DNA of 64,000 bases. It comes from the human T2T-CHM13v2.0 reference genome, Homo sapiens. The DNA is taken from NCBI RefSeq assembly GCF_009914755.1, contig NC_060934.1. One strand, given 5' to 3'. The translations under genes were made by a program, and so were the position numbers. Below are positions 15,001 to 30,000 of this stretch, piece after piece (position 1 is the first letter of the stretch; the number at the start of each line of letters is the position of its first letter). The notes beneath the pieces were generated by a model that saw only the letters and a list, made by a program, of their open reading frames with translations, was not told the DNA's origin and did no database searches.

Positions 15001-18000
15001 ATGGAAACGAATGGAATCATCATCGAATGGAAATGAAAGGAGTCATCATCTAATGGAATCGCATGGAATCATCATCAAATGGAATCAAATGGAATCATCA
15101 TCGAATGGAATCTAATGGAATCATTGAAAGGAATTGCATGGAATCGTCATCGAATGAATTGAATGCAATCATCGAATGGTCTCTAATGGAATCATCTTCA
15201 AATGGAATGGAATGGAATCATCGCATAGAATCGAATGGAATTATCATCGAATGGACTCAAATGGAATCAACATCAAACGGAATCAAACGGAATTATCGAA
15301 TGGAATCGAAGAGAATCATCGAATGGACTCGAATGGAATCATCTAATAAAATAGAATGGAATAATCCATGGACTTGAATGCAATCATCATCAAATGGAAT
15401 CGAATGGAATCGTCGAATGGACTCGAGAGGAATAAACATTCAACGGAATCGAATGGAATCGTCACCGGATGGAAACGAATGGAATCATCATCGAATGGAA
15501 TCGAATGGAATCATCAAATGGAATCAGATGGAATCATCATCAAATGGAATCGAATAGAATTATGGAATGAAATCCAATGTGATCATCATCGAATGGACTC
15601 GAACGTAATCATCATCCAATGGAAACTAATGGAATCAACATCGAATGGAATCGAATGGAAACGCCATCGAATTGAAACGAATGGAATTATCATGAAATTG
15701 AAATGGATGGACTCATCATCGAATGGATTCGAATGGAATCACCGAATGAAATTGATAGAAATCATCATCAAATGGAATCGAATGGAATCATTGAATGGAA
15801 TCGAATGGAATCATCATCAGATGGAAATGAATGGAATCATCACTCAATGGAATCGAATGGATTCATTGAATGGAATCTGAAGGAATCATCGAATGGACTT
15901 GAATGGAATCATTGAATGGACTCGAATTGAATCTTTATTGAATGGAATTGAATGGAATCATCGTATGGTCTCGAATGGAATCATTATCAAATGGAATCGA
16001 ATGGAATCACCGAATAGAATCGAATGGAACAATCATCGAATGGACTCAAATGGAATTATCCTCAAATGGAATCGAATGGATTTCTCGAATGCAATCGAAT
16101 GGAATTATCGAAAGTAATCGAATAGAATCATCGAATGGACTCGAATGGAATCATCGAATGGAATGGAATGGAAGAGTCAATGAACTCGAATGGAATCATC
16201 ATTGAATGGAATCGAATGGAATCATCGAGTGGAATCGAATGGAATCATGATCAAATGGAATCGAATGTAATCATCATCAAATGGAATCAAAAATAACCAT
16301 CATCAATTGGTATTGAATGGAATTGTCATCAAATTGAATTCAATGAATCATCATCAAATGGAACCGAATGGAATCCTCATTGAATGGAAATGAAAGGAGA
16401 CATCATCTAATGGAATGGCATGGAATCATCATCAAATGGAATCGAATGGAATCATCATCAAATGGAATCTAATGGAATCAATGAACGGAATTGAATCGAA
16501 TCGTCATCGAATGAATTGAATGCAATCATCGAATGGTCTCGAATGGAATCATCTTCAAATGGAAAGGAATGGAATCATCGCATAGAATCGAATGGAATTA
16601 TCATCGAATGGACTCGAATGGAATCAACATCAAACGGAATCAAACGGAATTATCGAATGGAATCGAAGAGAATCATCGAATGGCCACGAATGGAATCATC
16701 TAATGGAATGGAATGGAATAATCCATGGACCCGAATGCAATCATCATCGAATAGAATCGAATGGAATCATCGAATGGACTCGAATGGAATAATCATTGAA
16801 CGCAATCGAATGGAATCATCGAGTGGAATCGAATGGAATCATGATCAAATGGAATCGAATGTAATCATCATCAAATGGAATCCAAAATCACCATCATCAA
16901 TTGGTACTGAATGGAATTCTCATCAAATGGAATTCAAAGGAATCATCATCAAATGGAACCGAATGGAATCCTCATTGAATGGAAATGAAAGGAGTCATCA
17001 ACTAATGGAACCGAATGGAATCCTCATTGAATGGAAATGAAAGGAGTCATCATCTAATGGAATCACATGGAATCATCATCAAATGGAATCGAATGGAATC
17101 ATCATCAAATGGAATCGAATGGAATCATTGAGCGGAATTGAATGGAATCGTCATCGAATGAATTGAATGCAATCATCGAATGGTCTCGAATGGAATCATC
17201 TTCAAATGGAAAGGAATGGAATCATCGCATAGATTCTAATGGAATTATCATCGAATGGACTCAAATGGAATCAACATCAAACGGAATCAAACGGAATTAT
17301 CGAATGCAATCGAAGAGAATCATCAAATGGACTCGAATGGAATCATCTAATGGAATGGAATGGAATAATCCATTGACCCGAATGCAATCATCATCGAATA
17401 GAATCGAATGCAATCATCGAATGGACTCGAATGGAATAATCATTGAACGAAATCCAATGGAATCATCGTCGAATGGAAATGAATGGAATCATCATCGAAT
17501 GGAAATGAAAGGAGTCATCATCTAATGGAATCGCATGGAATCATCATCAAATGGAATCAAATGGAATCATCATCGAATGGAATCTAATGGAATCATTGAA
17601 CGGAATTGCATGGAATCGTCATCGAATGAATTGAATGCAATCATCGAATGGTCTCGAATGGAATCATCTTCAAATGGAATGGAATGGAATCATCGCATAG
17701 AATCGAATGGAATTATCATCGAATGGACTCAAATGGAATCAACATCAAACGGAATCAAACGGAATTATCGAATGGAATCGAAGAGAATCATCGAATGGAC
17801 TCGAATGGAATCATCTAATGAAATAGAATGGAATAATCCATGGACTCGAATGCAATCATCATCAAATGCAATCGAATGGAATCGTCGAATGGCCTCGAGT
17901 GGAATAAACATTCAACGGAATCGAATGGAATCGTCACCGGATGGAAACGAATGGAATCATCATCGAATGGAATCGAATGGAATCATCAAATGGAATCAGA

Positions 18001-21000
18001 TGGAATCATCATCAAATGGAATCGAATAGAATTATGGAATGAAATCCAATGTGATCATCATCGAATGGACTCGAACGGAATCATCATCCAATGGAAACTA
18101 ATGGAATCAACATCGAATGGAATCGAATGGAAACGCCATCGAAAGGAAACGAATGGAATTATCATGAAATTGAAATGGATGGACTCATCATCGAATGGAT
18201 TCGAATGGAATCAGCGAATGAAATTGATTGAAATCATCATCAAATGGAATCGAATGGAATCATTGAATGGAATCGAATGGAATCATCATCAGATGGAAAT
18301 GAATGGAATCATCACTGAATGGAATCGAATGGATTCATTGAATGGAATCTGACGGAATCATCGAATGGACTTGAATGGAATCATTGAATGGACTCGAATG
18401 GAATCTTTATTGAATGGAATTGAATGGAATCATCGAATGGTCTCGCATGGAATCATTACCAAATGGAATCGAATGGAATCACCGAATAGAATCGAATGAA
18501 ACAATCATCGAATGGACTCAAATGAAATTATCCTCAAATGGAATCGAATGGATTTATCGAATGCAATCGACTGGAATTATTGAAAGCAATCGAATAGAAT
18601 CATCGAATGGACTCGAATGGAATCATCGAATGGAATGCAATAGAAGAGTCAATAAACTCGAATGGAATCATCATTGAACGCAATCGAATGGAATCATCGA
18701 GTGGAATCGAATGGAATCATGATCAAATGGAATCGAATGTAATCATCATCAAATGGAATCCAAAATCACCATCATCAATTGGTACTGAATGGAATTGTCA
18801 TCAAATGGAATTCAAAGGAATCATCATCAAATGGAACCGAATGGAATCCTCATTGAATGGAAATGAAAGGAGTCATCACCTAATGGAATCGCATGGAATC
18901 ATCATCAAATGGAATCGAATGGAATCATCATCAAATGGAATCGAATGGAATCATTGAACGGAATTGAATGGAATCGTCATCGAATGAATTGAATGCAATC
19001 ATCGAATGGTCTCGAATGGAATCATCTTCAAATGAAAAGGAATGGAATCATCGCCTAGAATCGAATGGAATTATCATCGAATGGACTCAAATGTAATCAA
19101 CATCAAACGGAATCAAACGGAATTATCGAATGGAATCGAAGAGAATCATCAAATGGACTCGAATGGAATCATGTAATGGAATGGAATGGAATAATCCATG
19201 GACCCGAATGCAATCATCATCGAATAGAATCGAATGCAATCATCGAATGGACTCGAATGGAATAATCATTGAACGAAATCGAATGGAATCATTGTCGAAT
19301 GGAAACGAATGGAATCATCATCGAATGGAAATGAAAGGAGTCATCATCTAATGGAATCGCATGGAATCATCATCAAATGGAATCAAATGGAATCATCATC
19401 GAATGGAATCTAATGGAATCATTGAACTGAATTGCATGGAATCGTCGTCGAATGAATTGAATGCAGTCATCGAACGGTCTCGAATGGAATCATCTTCAAC
19501 TGGAATGGAATGGAATCATCGCATAGAATCGAATGGAATTCTCATCGAATGGACTCAAATGGAATCAACATCAAACGGAATCAAACGGAATTATCGAATG
19601 GAATCGAAGAGAATCATCGAATGGACTCGAATGGAATCATCTAATGAAATAGAATGGAATAATCCATGGACTCGAATGCAATCATCATCAAATGGAATCG
19701 AATGGAATCGTCGAATGGACTCGAGTGGAATAAACATTCAACGGAATCGAATGGAATCGTCACCGGATGGAAACGAATGGAATCATCATCGAATGGAATC
19801 GAATGGAATCATCAAATGGAATCAGATGGAATCATCATCAAATGGAATCGAATAGAATTATGGAATGAAATCCAATGTGATCATCATCGAATGGACTCGA
19901 ACGGAATCATCATCCAATGGAAACTAATGGAATCAACATCGAATGGAATCGAATGGAAACGCCATCGAATTGAAACGAATGGAATTATCATGAAATTGAA
20001 ATGGATGGACTCATCATCGAATGGATTCGAATGGAATCACCGAATGAAATTGATAGAAATCATCATCAAATGGAATCGAATGGAATCATTGAATGGAATC
20101 CAATGGAATCATCATCAGATGGAAATGAATGGAATCATCACTGAATGGAATCGAATGGATTCATTGAATGGAATCTGATGGAATCATCGAATGGACTTGA
20201 ATGGAATCATTGAATGGACTCGAATGGAATCTTTATTGAATGGAATTGAATGGAATCATCGAATGGTCTCGCATGGAATCATTATCAAATGTAATCGAAT
20301 GGAATCACCGAATAGAATCGAATGGAACAATCATCGAATGGACTCAAATGGAATTATCCTCAAATGGAATCGAATGGATTTATCAAATGCAATCGAATGG
20401 AATTATCGAAAGCAATCGAATATAATCATCGAATGGACTCGAATGGAATCATCGAATGGAATGGAATGGAAGAGTCAATGAACACGAATGGAATCATCAT
20501 TGAATGGAATCGAATGGAATCATCAAGTGGAATCGAATGGAATCATGATCAAATGGAATCGAATGTAATCATCATCAAATGGAATCCAAAATCACCATCA
20601 TCAATTGGTACTGAATGGAAATGTCATCAAATGGAATTCAAAGGAATCATCATCAAATGGAACCGAATGGAATCCTCATTGAATGGAAATGAAAGGAGTC
20701 ATCATCTAATGGAATCGCATGGAATCATCATCAAATGGAATCGAATGGAATCATCATCAAATGGAACCGAATGGAATCATTGAACGGAATTGAATGGAAT
20801 CGTCATCGAATGAATTGAATGCAATCATCGAATGGTCTCGAATGGAATCCTCTTCAAATGGAAAGGAATGGAATCATCGCATAGAATCGAATGGAATTAT
20901 CATGGAATGGACTCGAATGGAATCAACATCAAACGGAATGAAACGGAATTATCGAATGGAATAGAAGAGAATCATCGAATGGACTCGAATGGAATCATCT

Positions 21001-24000
21001 AATGGAATGGAATGGAATAATCCATGGACCCGAATGCAACCATCATCGAATAGAATCGAATGGAATCATCGAATGGACACGAATGGAATAATCATTGAAC
21101 GCAATGGAATGGAATCATCGAGTGGAATCGAATGGAATCATGATCAAATGGAATCGAATGTAATCATCATCAAATGGAATCCAAAATCACCATCATCAAT
21201 TGGTACTGAATGGAATTGTCATCAAATGGAATTCAAAGGAATCATCATCAAATGGAACCGAATGGAATCCTCATTGAATGGAAATGAAAGGAGTCATCAT
21301 CTAATGGAATCGCATGGAATCATCATCAAATGGAATCGAATGGAATCATCATCAAATGGAATCGAATGGAATCATTGAACGGAATTGAATGGAATCGTCA
21401 TCGTATGAATTGAATGCAATCATCGAATGGTCTCGAATGGAATCATCTTCAAATGGAAAGGAATGGAATCATCGCATAGAATCGAATGGAATTATCATCG
21501 AATGGACTCGAATGGAATCAACATCAAACGGAATCAAACGGAATTATCGAATGGAATCGAAGAGAATCATCGAATGGACTCGAATGGAATCATCTAATGG
21601 AATGGAATGGAATAATCCATGGACCCGAATGCAATCATCATCGAATAGAATCGAATGCAATCATCGAATGGACTCGAATGGAATAATCATTGAACGAAAT
21701 CGAATGGAATCATCGTCGAATGGAAACGAATGGAATCATCTTCGAATGGAAATGAAAGGAGTCATCATCTAATGGAATCGCATGGAATCATCATCAAATG
21801 GAATCAAATGGAATCATCATCGAATGGAATCTAATGGAATCATTGAACGGAATTGCATGGAATCGTCATCGAATGAATTGAATGCAATCATCGAATGGTC
21901 TCGAATGGAATCATCTTCAAATGGAATGGAATGGAATCATCGCATAGAATCGAATAGAATTATCATCGAATGGACTCAAGTGGAATCAACATCAAACGGA
22001 ATCAAACGGAATTATCGAATGGAATCGAAGAGAATCATCGAATGGACTCTAATGGAATCATCTAATGAAATAGAATGGAATAATCCATGGACTCGAATGC
22101 AATCATCATCAAATGGAATCGAATGGAATCGTCGAATGGACTCGAGTGGAATAAACATTCAATGGAATCGAATGGAATCGTCACCGGATGGAAACGAATG
22201 GAATCATCATCGAATGGAATCGAATGGAATCATCAAATGGAATCAGATGGAATCATCATCAAATGGAATCGAATAGAATTATGGAATGAAATCCAATGTG
22301 ATCATCATCGAATGGACTCGAACGGAATCATCATCCAATGGAAACTAATGGAATCAACATCGAATGGAATCGAATGGAAATGCCATCGAATTGAAACGAA
22401 TGGAATTATCATGAAATTGAAATGGATGGACTCATCATCGAATGGATTCGAATGGAATCACCGAATGAAATTGATAGAAATCATCAAATGGAATCGAATG
22501 GAATCATTGAATGGAATCGAATGGAATCATCATCAGATGGAAATGAATGGAATCATCACTGAATGGAATCTAATGGATTCATTGAATGGAATCTGATGGA
22601 ATCATCGAATGGACTTGAATGGAATCATTGAATGGACTCGAATGGAATCTTTATTGAATGGAATTGAATGGAATCATCGAATGGTCTCGAATGGAATCAT
22701 TATCAAATGGAATCGAATGGAATCACCGAATAGAATTGAATGAAACAATCATCGTATGGACTCAAATGGAATTATCCTCAAATGGAATCGAATGGATTTA
22801 TCGAATGCAATCGAATGGAATTATCGAAAGCAATCGAATAGAATCATCGAATGGACTCGAATGGAATCATCGAATGGAATGGAATGGAAGAGTCAATGAA
22901 CTCGAATGGAATCATCATTGAATGGAATCGAATGGAATCATCGAGTGGAATCGAGTGGAATCATGATCAAATGGAATCGAATGTAATCATCATCAAATGG
23001 AATCCAAAATCACCATCATCAATTGGTACTGAATGGAATTGTCATCAAATGGAATTCAAAGGAATCATCATCAAATGGAACCGAATGGAATCCTCATTGA
23101 ATGGAAATGAAAGGAGTCATCATCTAATGGAATCGCATGGAATCATCATCAAATGGAATCGAATGGAATCATCATCAAATGGAATCGAATGGAATCATTG
23201 AACGGAATTGAATGGAATCGTCATCGAATGAATTGAATGCAATCATCGAATGGTCTCGAATGGAATCCTCTTCAAATGAAAAGGAATGGAATCATCGCAT
23301 AGAATCGAATGGAATTATCATCGAATGGACTCGAATGGAATCAACATCAAACGGAATCAAACGGAATTATCGAATGGAATCGAAGAGAATCATCAAATGG
23401 ACTCGAATGGAATCATCTAATGGAATGGAATGGAATAATCCATGGACCCGAATGCAATCATCATCGAATAGAATCGAATGGAATCATCGAATGGACTCGA
23501 ATGGAATAATCATTGAACGCAATCGAATGGAATCATCGAGTGGAATCGAATGGAATCATGATCAAATGGAATCGAATGTAATCATCATCAAATGGAATCC
23601 AAAATCACCATCATCAATTGGTACTGAATGGAATTGTCATCAAATGGAATTCAAAGGAATCATGATCAAATGGAACCGAATGGAATCCTCATTGAAAGGA
23701 AATGAAAGGAGTCATCATCTAATGGAATCGCATGGAATCATCATCAAATGGAATCGAATGGAATCATCATCAAATGGAATCGAATGGAATCATTGAACGG
23801 AATTGAATGGAATCGTCATCGAATGAATTGAATGCAATCATCGAATGGTCTCGAATGGAATCCTCTTCAAATGGAAAGGAATGGAATCATCGCATAGAAT
23901 CGAATGGAATTATCATCGAATGGACTCGAATGGAATCAACATCAAACGGAATCAAACGGAATTATCGAATGGAATCGAAGAGAATCATCAAATGGACTCG

Positions 24001-27000
24001 AATGGAATCATCTAATGGAATGGAATGGAATAATCCATGGACCCGAATGCAATCATCATCGAATAGAATCGAATGGAATCATCGAATGGACTCGAATGGA
24101 ATAATCATTGAACGCAATCGAATGGAATCATCGAGTGGAATCGAATGGAATCATGATCAAATGGAATCGAATGTAATCATCATCAAATGGAATCCAAAAT
24201 CACCATCATCAATTGGTACTGAATGGAATTGTCATCAAATGGAATTCAAAGGAATCATGATCAAATGGAACCGAATGGAATCCTCATTGAATGGAAATGA
24301 AAGGAGTCATCATCTAATGGAATCGCATGGAATCATCATCAAATGGAATCGAATGGAATCATCATCAAATGGAATCGAATGGAATCATTGAACGGAATTG
24401 AATCGAATCGTCATCGAATGAATTGAATGCAATCATCGAATGGTCTCGAATGGAATCATCTTCAAATGGAAAGGAATGGAATCATCGCATAGAATCGAAT
24501 GGAATTATCATCGAATGGACTCGAATGGAATCAACATCAAATGGAATCAAACGGAATTATCGAATGGAATCGAAGAGAATCATCGAATGGACTCGAATGG
24601 AATCATCTAATGGAATGGAATGGAATAATCCATGGACCCGAATGCAATCATCATCGAATAGAATCGAATGCAATCATCGAATGGACTCGAATGGAATAAT
24701 CATTGAACGAAATCCAATGGAATCATCGTCGAATGGAAACGAATGGAATCATCATCGAATGGAAATGAAAGGAGTCATCATCTAATGGAATTGCATGGAA
24801 TCATCATCAAATGGAATCAAATGGAATTATCATCGAATGGAATCTAATGGAATCATTGAACGGAATTGCATGGAATCGTCATCGAATGAATTGAATGCAA
24901 TCATCGAATGGTCTCGAATGGAATCATCTTCAAATGGAATGGAATGGAATCATCGCATAGAATCGAATGGAATTTTCATCGAATGGACTCAAATGGAATC
25001 AACATCAAACGGAATCAAACGGAATTATCGAATGGAATCGAAGAGAATCATCGAATGGACTCGAATGGAATCATCTAATGAAATAGAATGGAATAATCCA
25101 TGGACTCGAATGCAATCATCATCAAATGGAATCGAATGGAATCGTCGAATGGACTCGAGTGGAATAAACATTCAACGGAATCGAATGGAATCGTCACCGG
25201 ATGGAAACGAATGGAATCATCATCGAATGGAATCGAATGGAATCATCAAATGGAATCAGATGGAATCATCATCAAATGGAATCGAATAGAATTATGGAAT
25301 GAAATCCAATGTGATCATCATCGAATGGACTCGAACGGAATCATCATCCAATGGAAACTAATGGAATCAACATCGAAGGGAATCGAATGGAAACGCCATC
25401 GAAAGGAAACGAATGGAATTATCATGAAATTGAAATGGATGGACTCATCATCGAATGGATTCGAATGGAATCACCGAATGAAATTGATAGAAATCATCAT
25501 CAAATGGAATCGAATGGAATCATTGAATGGAATCGAATGGAATCATCATCAGATGGAAATGAATGGAATCATCACTGAATGGAATCGAATGGATTCATTG
25601 AATGGAATCTGATGGAATCATCGAATGGAGTTGAATGGAATCATTGAATGGACTCGAATGGAATCTTTATTGAATGGAATTGAAAGGAATCATCGAATGG
25701 TCTCGAATGGAATCATTATCAAATGGAATCGAATGGAATCACCGAATAGAATCGAATGGAACAATCATCGAATGGACTCAAATGGAATTATCCTCAAATG
25801 GAATCGAATGGATTTATCGAATGCAATCGAATGGAATTATCGAAAGCAGTCGAATAGAATCATCGAATGGACCCGAATGGAATCAACATCAAACGGAATC
25901 AAACGGAATCATCGAATGGCCACGAATGGAATCATCTAATGGAATGGAATAGAATAACCCATGGACCCGAATGCAATCATCATCGAATAGAATCGAATGG
26001 AATCAGCGAATGGACTCGAATGGAATAATCATTGAACGCAATCGAATGGAATCATCGAGTGGAATCGAATGGAATCATGATCAAATGGAATCGAATGTAA
26101 TCATCATCAAATGGAATCCAAAATCACCATCATCAATTGGTACTGAATGGAATTGTCATCAAATGGAATTCAAAGGAATCATCATCAAATGGAACCGAAT
26201 GGAATCCTCATTGAATGGAAATGAAAGGAGTCATCATCTAATGGAATCGCATGGAATCATCATCAAATGGAATCGAATGGAATCATCATCAAATGGAATC
26301 GAATGGAATCATTGAACGGAATTGAATGGAATCGTCATCGAATGAATTGAGTGCAATCATCGAATGGTCTCGAATGGAATCATCTTCAAATGGAAAGGAA
26401 TGGAATCATCGCATAGAATCGAATGGAATTATCATCGAATGGACCCGAATGGAATCAACATCAAACGGAATCAAACGGAATTATCGAATGGAATCGAAGA
26501 GAATCATCGAATGGCCACGAATGGAATCATCTAATGGAATGGAATGGAATAACCCATGGACCCGAATGCAATCACCATCGAATAGAATCGAATGGAATCA
26601 ACGAATGGACTCGAATGGAATAATCATTGAACGCAATCGAATGGAATCATCGAGTTGAATCGAATGGATTCATGATCAAATGGAATCGAATGTAATCATC
26701 ATCAAATGGAATCCAAAATCACCATCATCAATTGGTACTGAATGGAATTGTCATCAAATGGAATTCAAAGGAATCATCATCAAATGGAACCGAATGGAAT
26801 CCTCATTGAATGGAAATGAAAGGAGTCATCATCTAATGGAATCGCATGGAATCATCATCAAATGGAATCGAATGGAATCATCATCAAATGGAATCGAATG
26901 GAATCATTGAACGGAATTGAATCGAATCGTCATCGAATGAATTGACTGCAATCATCGAATGGTCTCGAAAGGAATAATCTTCAAATGGAAAGGAATGGAA

Positions 27001-30000
27001 TCATCGCATAGAATCGAATGGAATTATCAACGAATGCACTCGAATGGAATCAACATCAAACGGAATCAAACGGAATTATCGAATGGAATCGAAGAGAATC
27101 ATCGAATGGCCACGAATGGAATCATCTAATGGAATGGAATGGAATAATCCATGGACCCGAATGCAATCATCATCGAATAGAATCGAATGGAATCATCGAA
27201 TGGACACGAATGGAATAATCATTGAACGGAATCGAATGGAATCCTCGTCGAATGGAAACGCATGGAATCATCATCGAATGGAAATGAAAGGAGTCATCAT
27301 CTAATGAAATCGCACGGAATCATCATCAAATGGAATCGAATGGAATCATCATCGAATGGAATCTAATGGAATCATTGAACCGAATTGCATGGAATCGTCA
27401 TCGAATGAATTGAATGCAATCATCGAATGGTCTCGAATGGAATCATCTTCAAATGGAATGGAATGGAATCATCGCATAGAATCGAATGGAATTATCATTG
27501 AATGGACTCAAATGGAATCAACATCAAACGGAATCAAACGGAATTATCGAATGGAATCGAAGAGAATCATTGAATGGACTCGAACGGAATCATCTAATGA
27601 AATAGAATGGAATAATCCATGGACTCGAATGCAATCATCATCAAATGGAATCGAATGGAATAGTCGAATGGACTCGAGAGGAATAAACATTCAACGGAAT
27701 CGAATGGAATCGTCACCGGATGGAAACGAATGGAATCATCATCGAATGGAATCGAATGGAATCATCAAATGGAATCAGATGGAATCATCCTCAAATGGAA
27801 TCGAATAGAATTATGGAATGAAATCCAATGTGATCATCATCAAATGGACTCGAACGGAATCATCATCCAATGGAAACTAATGGAATCAACATCGAATGGA
27901 ATCGAATGGAAACGCCTTCCAATTGAAACGAATGGAATTATCATGAGATTGAAATGGATGGACTCATCATGGAATGGATTCGAACGGAATCACCGAATGA
28001 AATTGATAGAAATCATCATCAAATGGAATCGAATGGAATCATTGAATGGAATCGAATGGAATCATCATCAGATGGAAATGAATGGAATCATCACTGAATG
28101 GAATCGAATGGATTCATTGAATGGAATCTGATGGAATCATCGAAAGGACTTGAATGGAATCATTGAATGGACTCGAATGGAATCTTTATTGAATGGAATT
28201 GAATGGAATCATCGAATGGTCTCGAATGGAATCATTATCAAATGGAATCGAATGGAATCATGATCAAATGGAATCGAATGTAATCATCATCAAATGGAAT
28301 CAAAAATAACCATCATCAATTGGTATTGAATGGAATTGTCATCAAATTGAATTCAATGAATCATCATCAAATGGAACCGAATGGAATCCTCATCCAATGG
28401 AAAGGAAAGGAGACATCATCTAATGGAATGGCATGGAATCAACATCAAATGGAATCGAATGCAATCATCATCAAATGGAATCTAATGGAATCAATGAACG
28501 GAATTGAATCGAATCGTCATCGAATGAATTGAATGCAATCATCGAATGGTCTCGAATGGAATCATCTTCAAATGGAATGGAATGGAATCATCGCATAGAA
28601 TCGAATGGAATTATCATCGAATGGACTCAAATGGAATCAACATCAAACGGAATCAAACGGAATTATCGAATGGAATCGAAGAGAATCATCGAATGGACTC
28701 GAATGGAATCATCTAATGAAATAGAATGGAATAATCCATGGACTCGAATGCAATCATCATCAAATGCAATCGAATGGAATCGTCGAATGGCCTCGAGTGG
28801 AATAAACATTCAACGGAATCGAATGGAATCGTCACCGGATGGAAACGAATGGAATCATCATCGAATGGAATCGAATGGAATCATCAAATGGAATCAGATG
28901 GAATCATCATCAAATGGAATCGAATAGAATTATGGAATGAAATCCAATGTGATCATCATCGAATGGACACGAACGGAATCATCATCCAATGGAAACTAAT
29001 GGAATCAACATCGAATGGAATCGAATGGAAACGCCATCGAAAGGAAACGAATGGAATTATCATGAAATTGAAATGGATGGACTATCATCGAATGGATTCG
29101 AATGGAATCAGCGAATGAAATTGATAGAAATCATCATCAAATGGAATCGAATGGAATCATTGAATGGAATCGAATGGAATCATCATCAGATGGAAATGAA
29201 TGGAATCATCACTGAATGGAATCGAATGGATTCATTGAATGGAATCTGATGGAATCATCGAATGGACTTGAATGGAATCATTCAATGGACTCGAATGGAA
29301 TCTTTATTGAATGGAATTGAATGGAATCATCGAATGGTCTCGAATGGAATCATTATCAAATGGAAACGAATGGAATCACCGAATAGAATCGAATGGAACA
29401 ATCATCGAATGGACTCAAATGGAATTATCCTCAAATGGAATCGAATGGATTTATCGAATGCAATCGAATGGAATTATCGAAAGCAATCGAATAGAATCAT
29501 CGAATGGACTCGAATGGAATCATCGAATGGAATGGAATGGAAGAGTCAATGAACTCGAATGGAATCATCATTGAATGGAATCGAATGGAATCATCGAGTG
29601 GAATCGAATGGAATCATGATCAAATGGAATCGAATGTAATCATCATCAAATGGAATCCAAAATCACCATCATCAATTGGTACTGAATGGAATTGTCATCA
29701 AATGGAATTCAAAGGAATCATCATCAAATGGAACCGAATGGAATCCTCATTGAATGGAAATGAAAGGAGTCATCATCTAATGGAATCGCATGGAATCATC
29801 ATCAAATGGAATCGAATGGAATCATCATCAAATGGAATCGAATGGAATCATTGAACGGAATTGAATGGAATCGTCATCGAATGAATTGAATGCAATCATC
29901 GAATGGTCTCGAATGGAATCATCTTCAAATGGAAAGGAATGGAATCATCGCATAGAATCGAATGGAATTATCATCGAATGGACTCGAATGGAATCAACAT

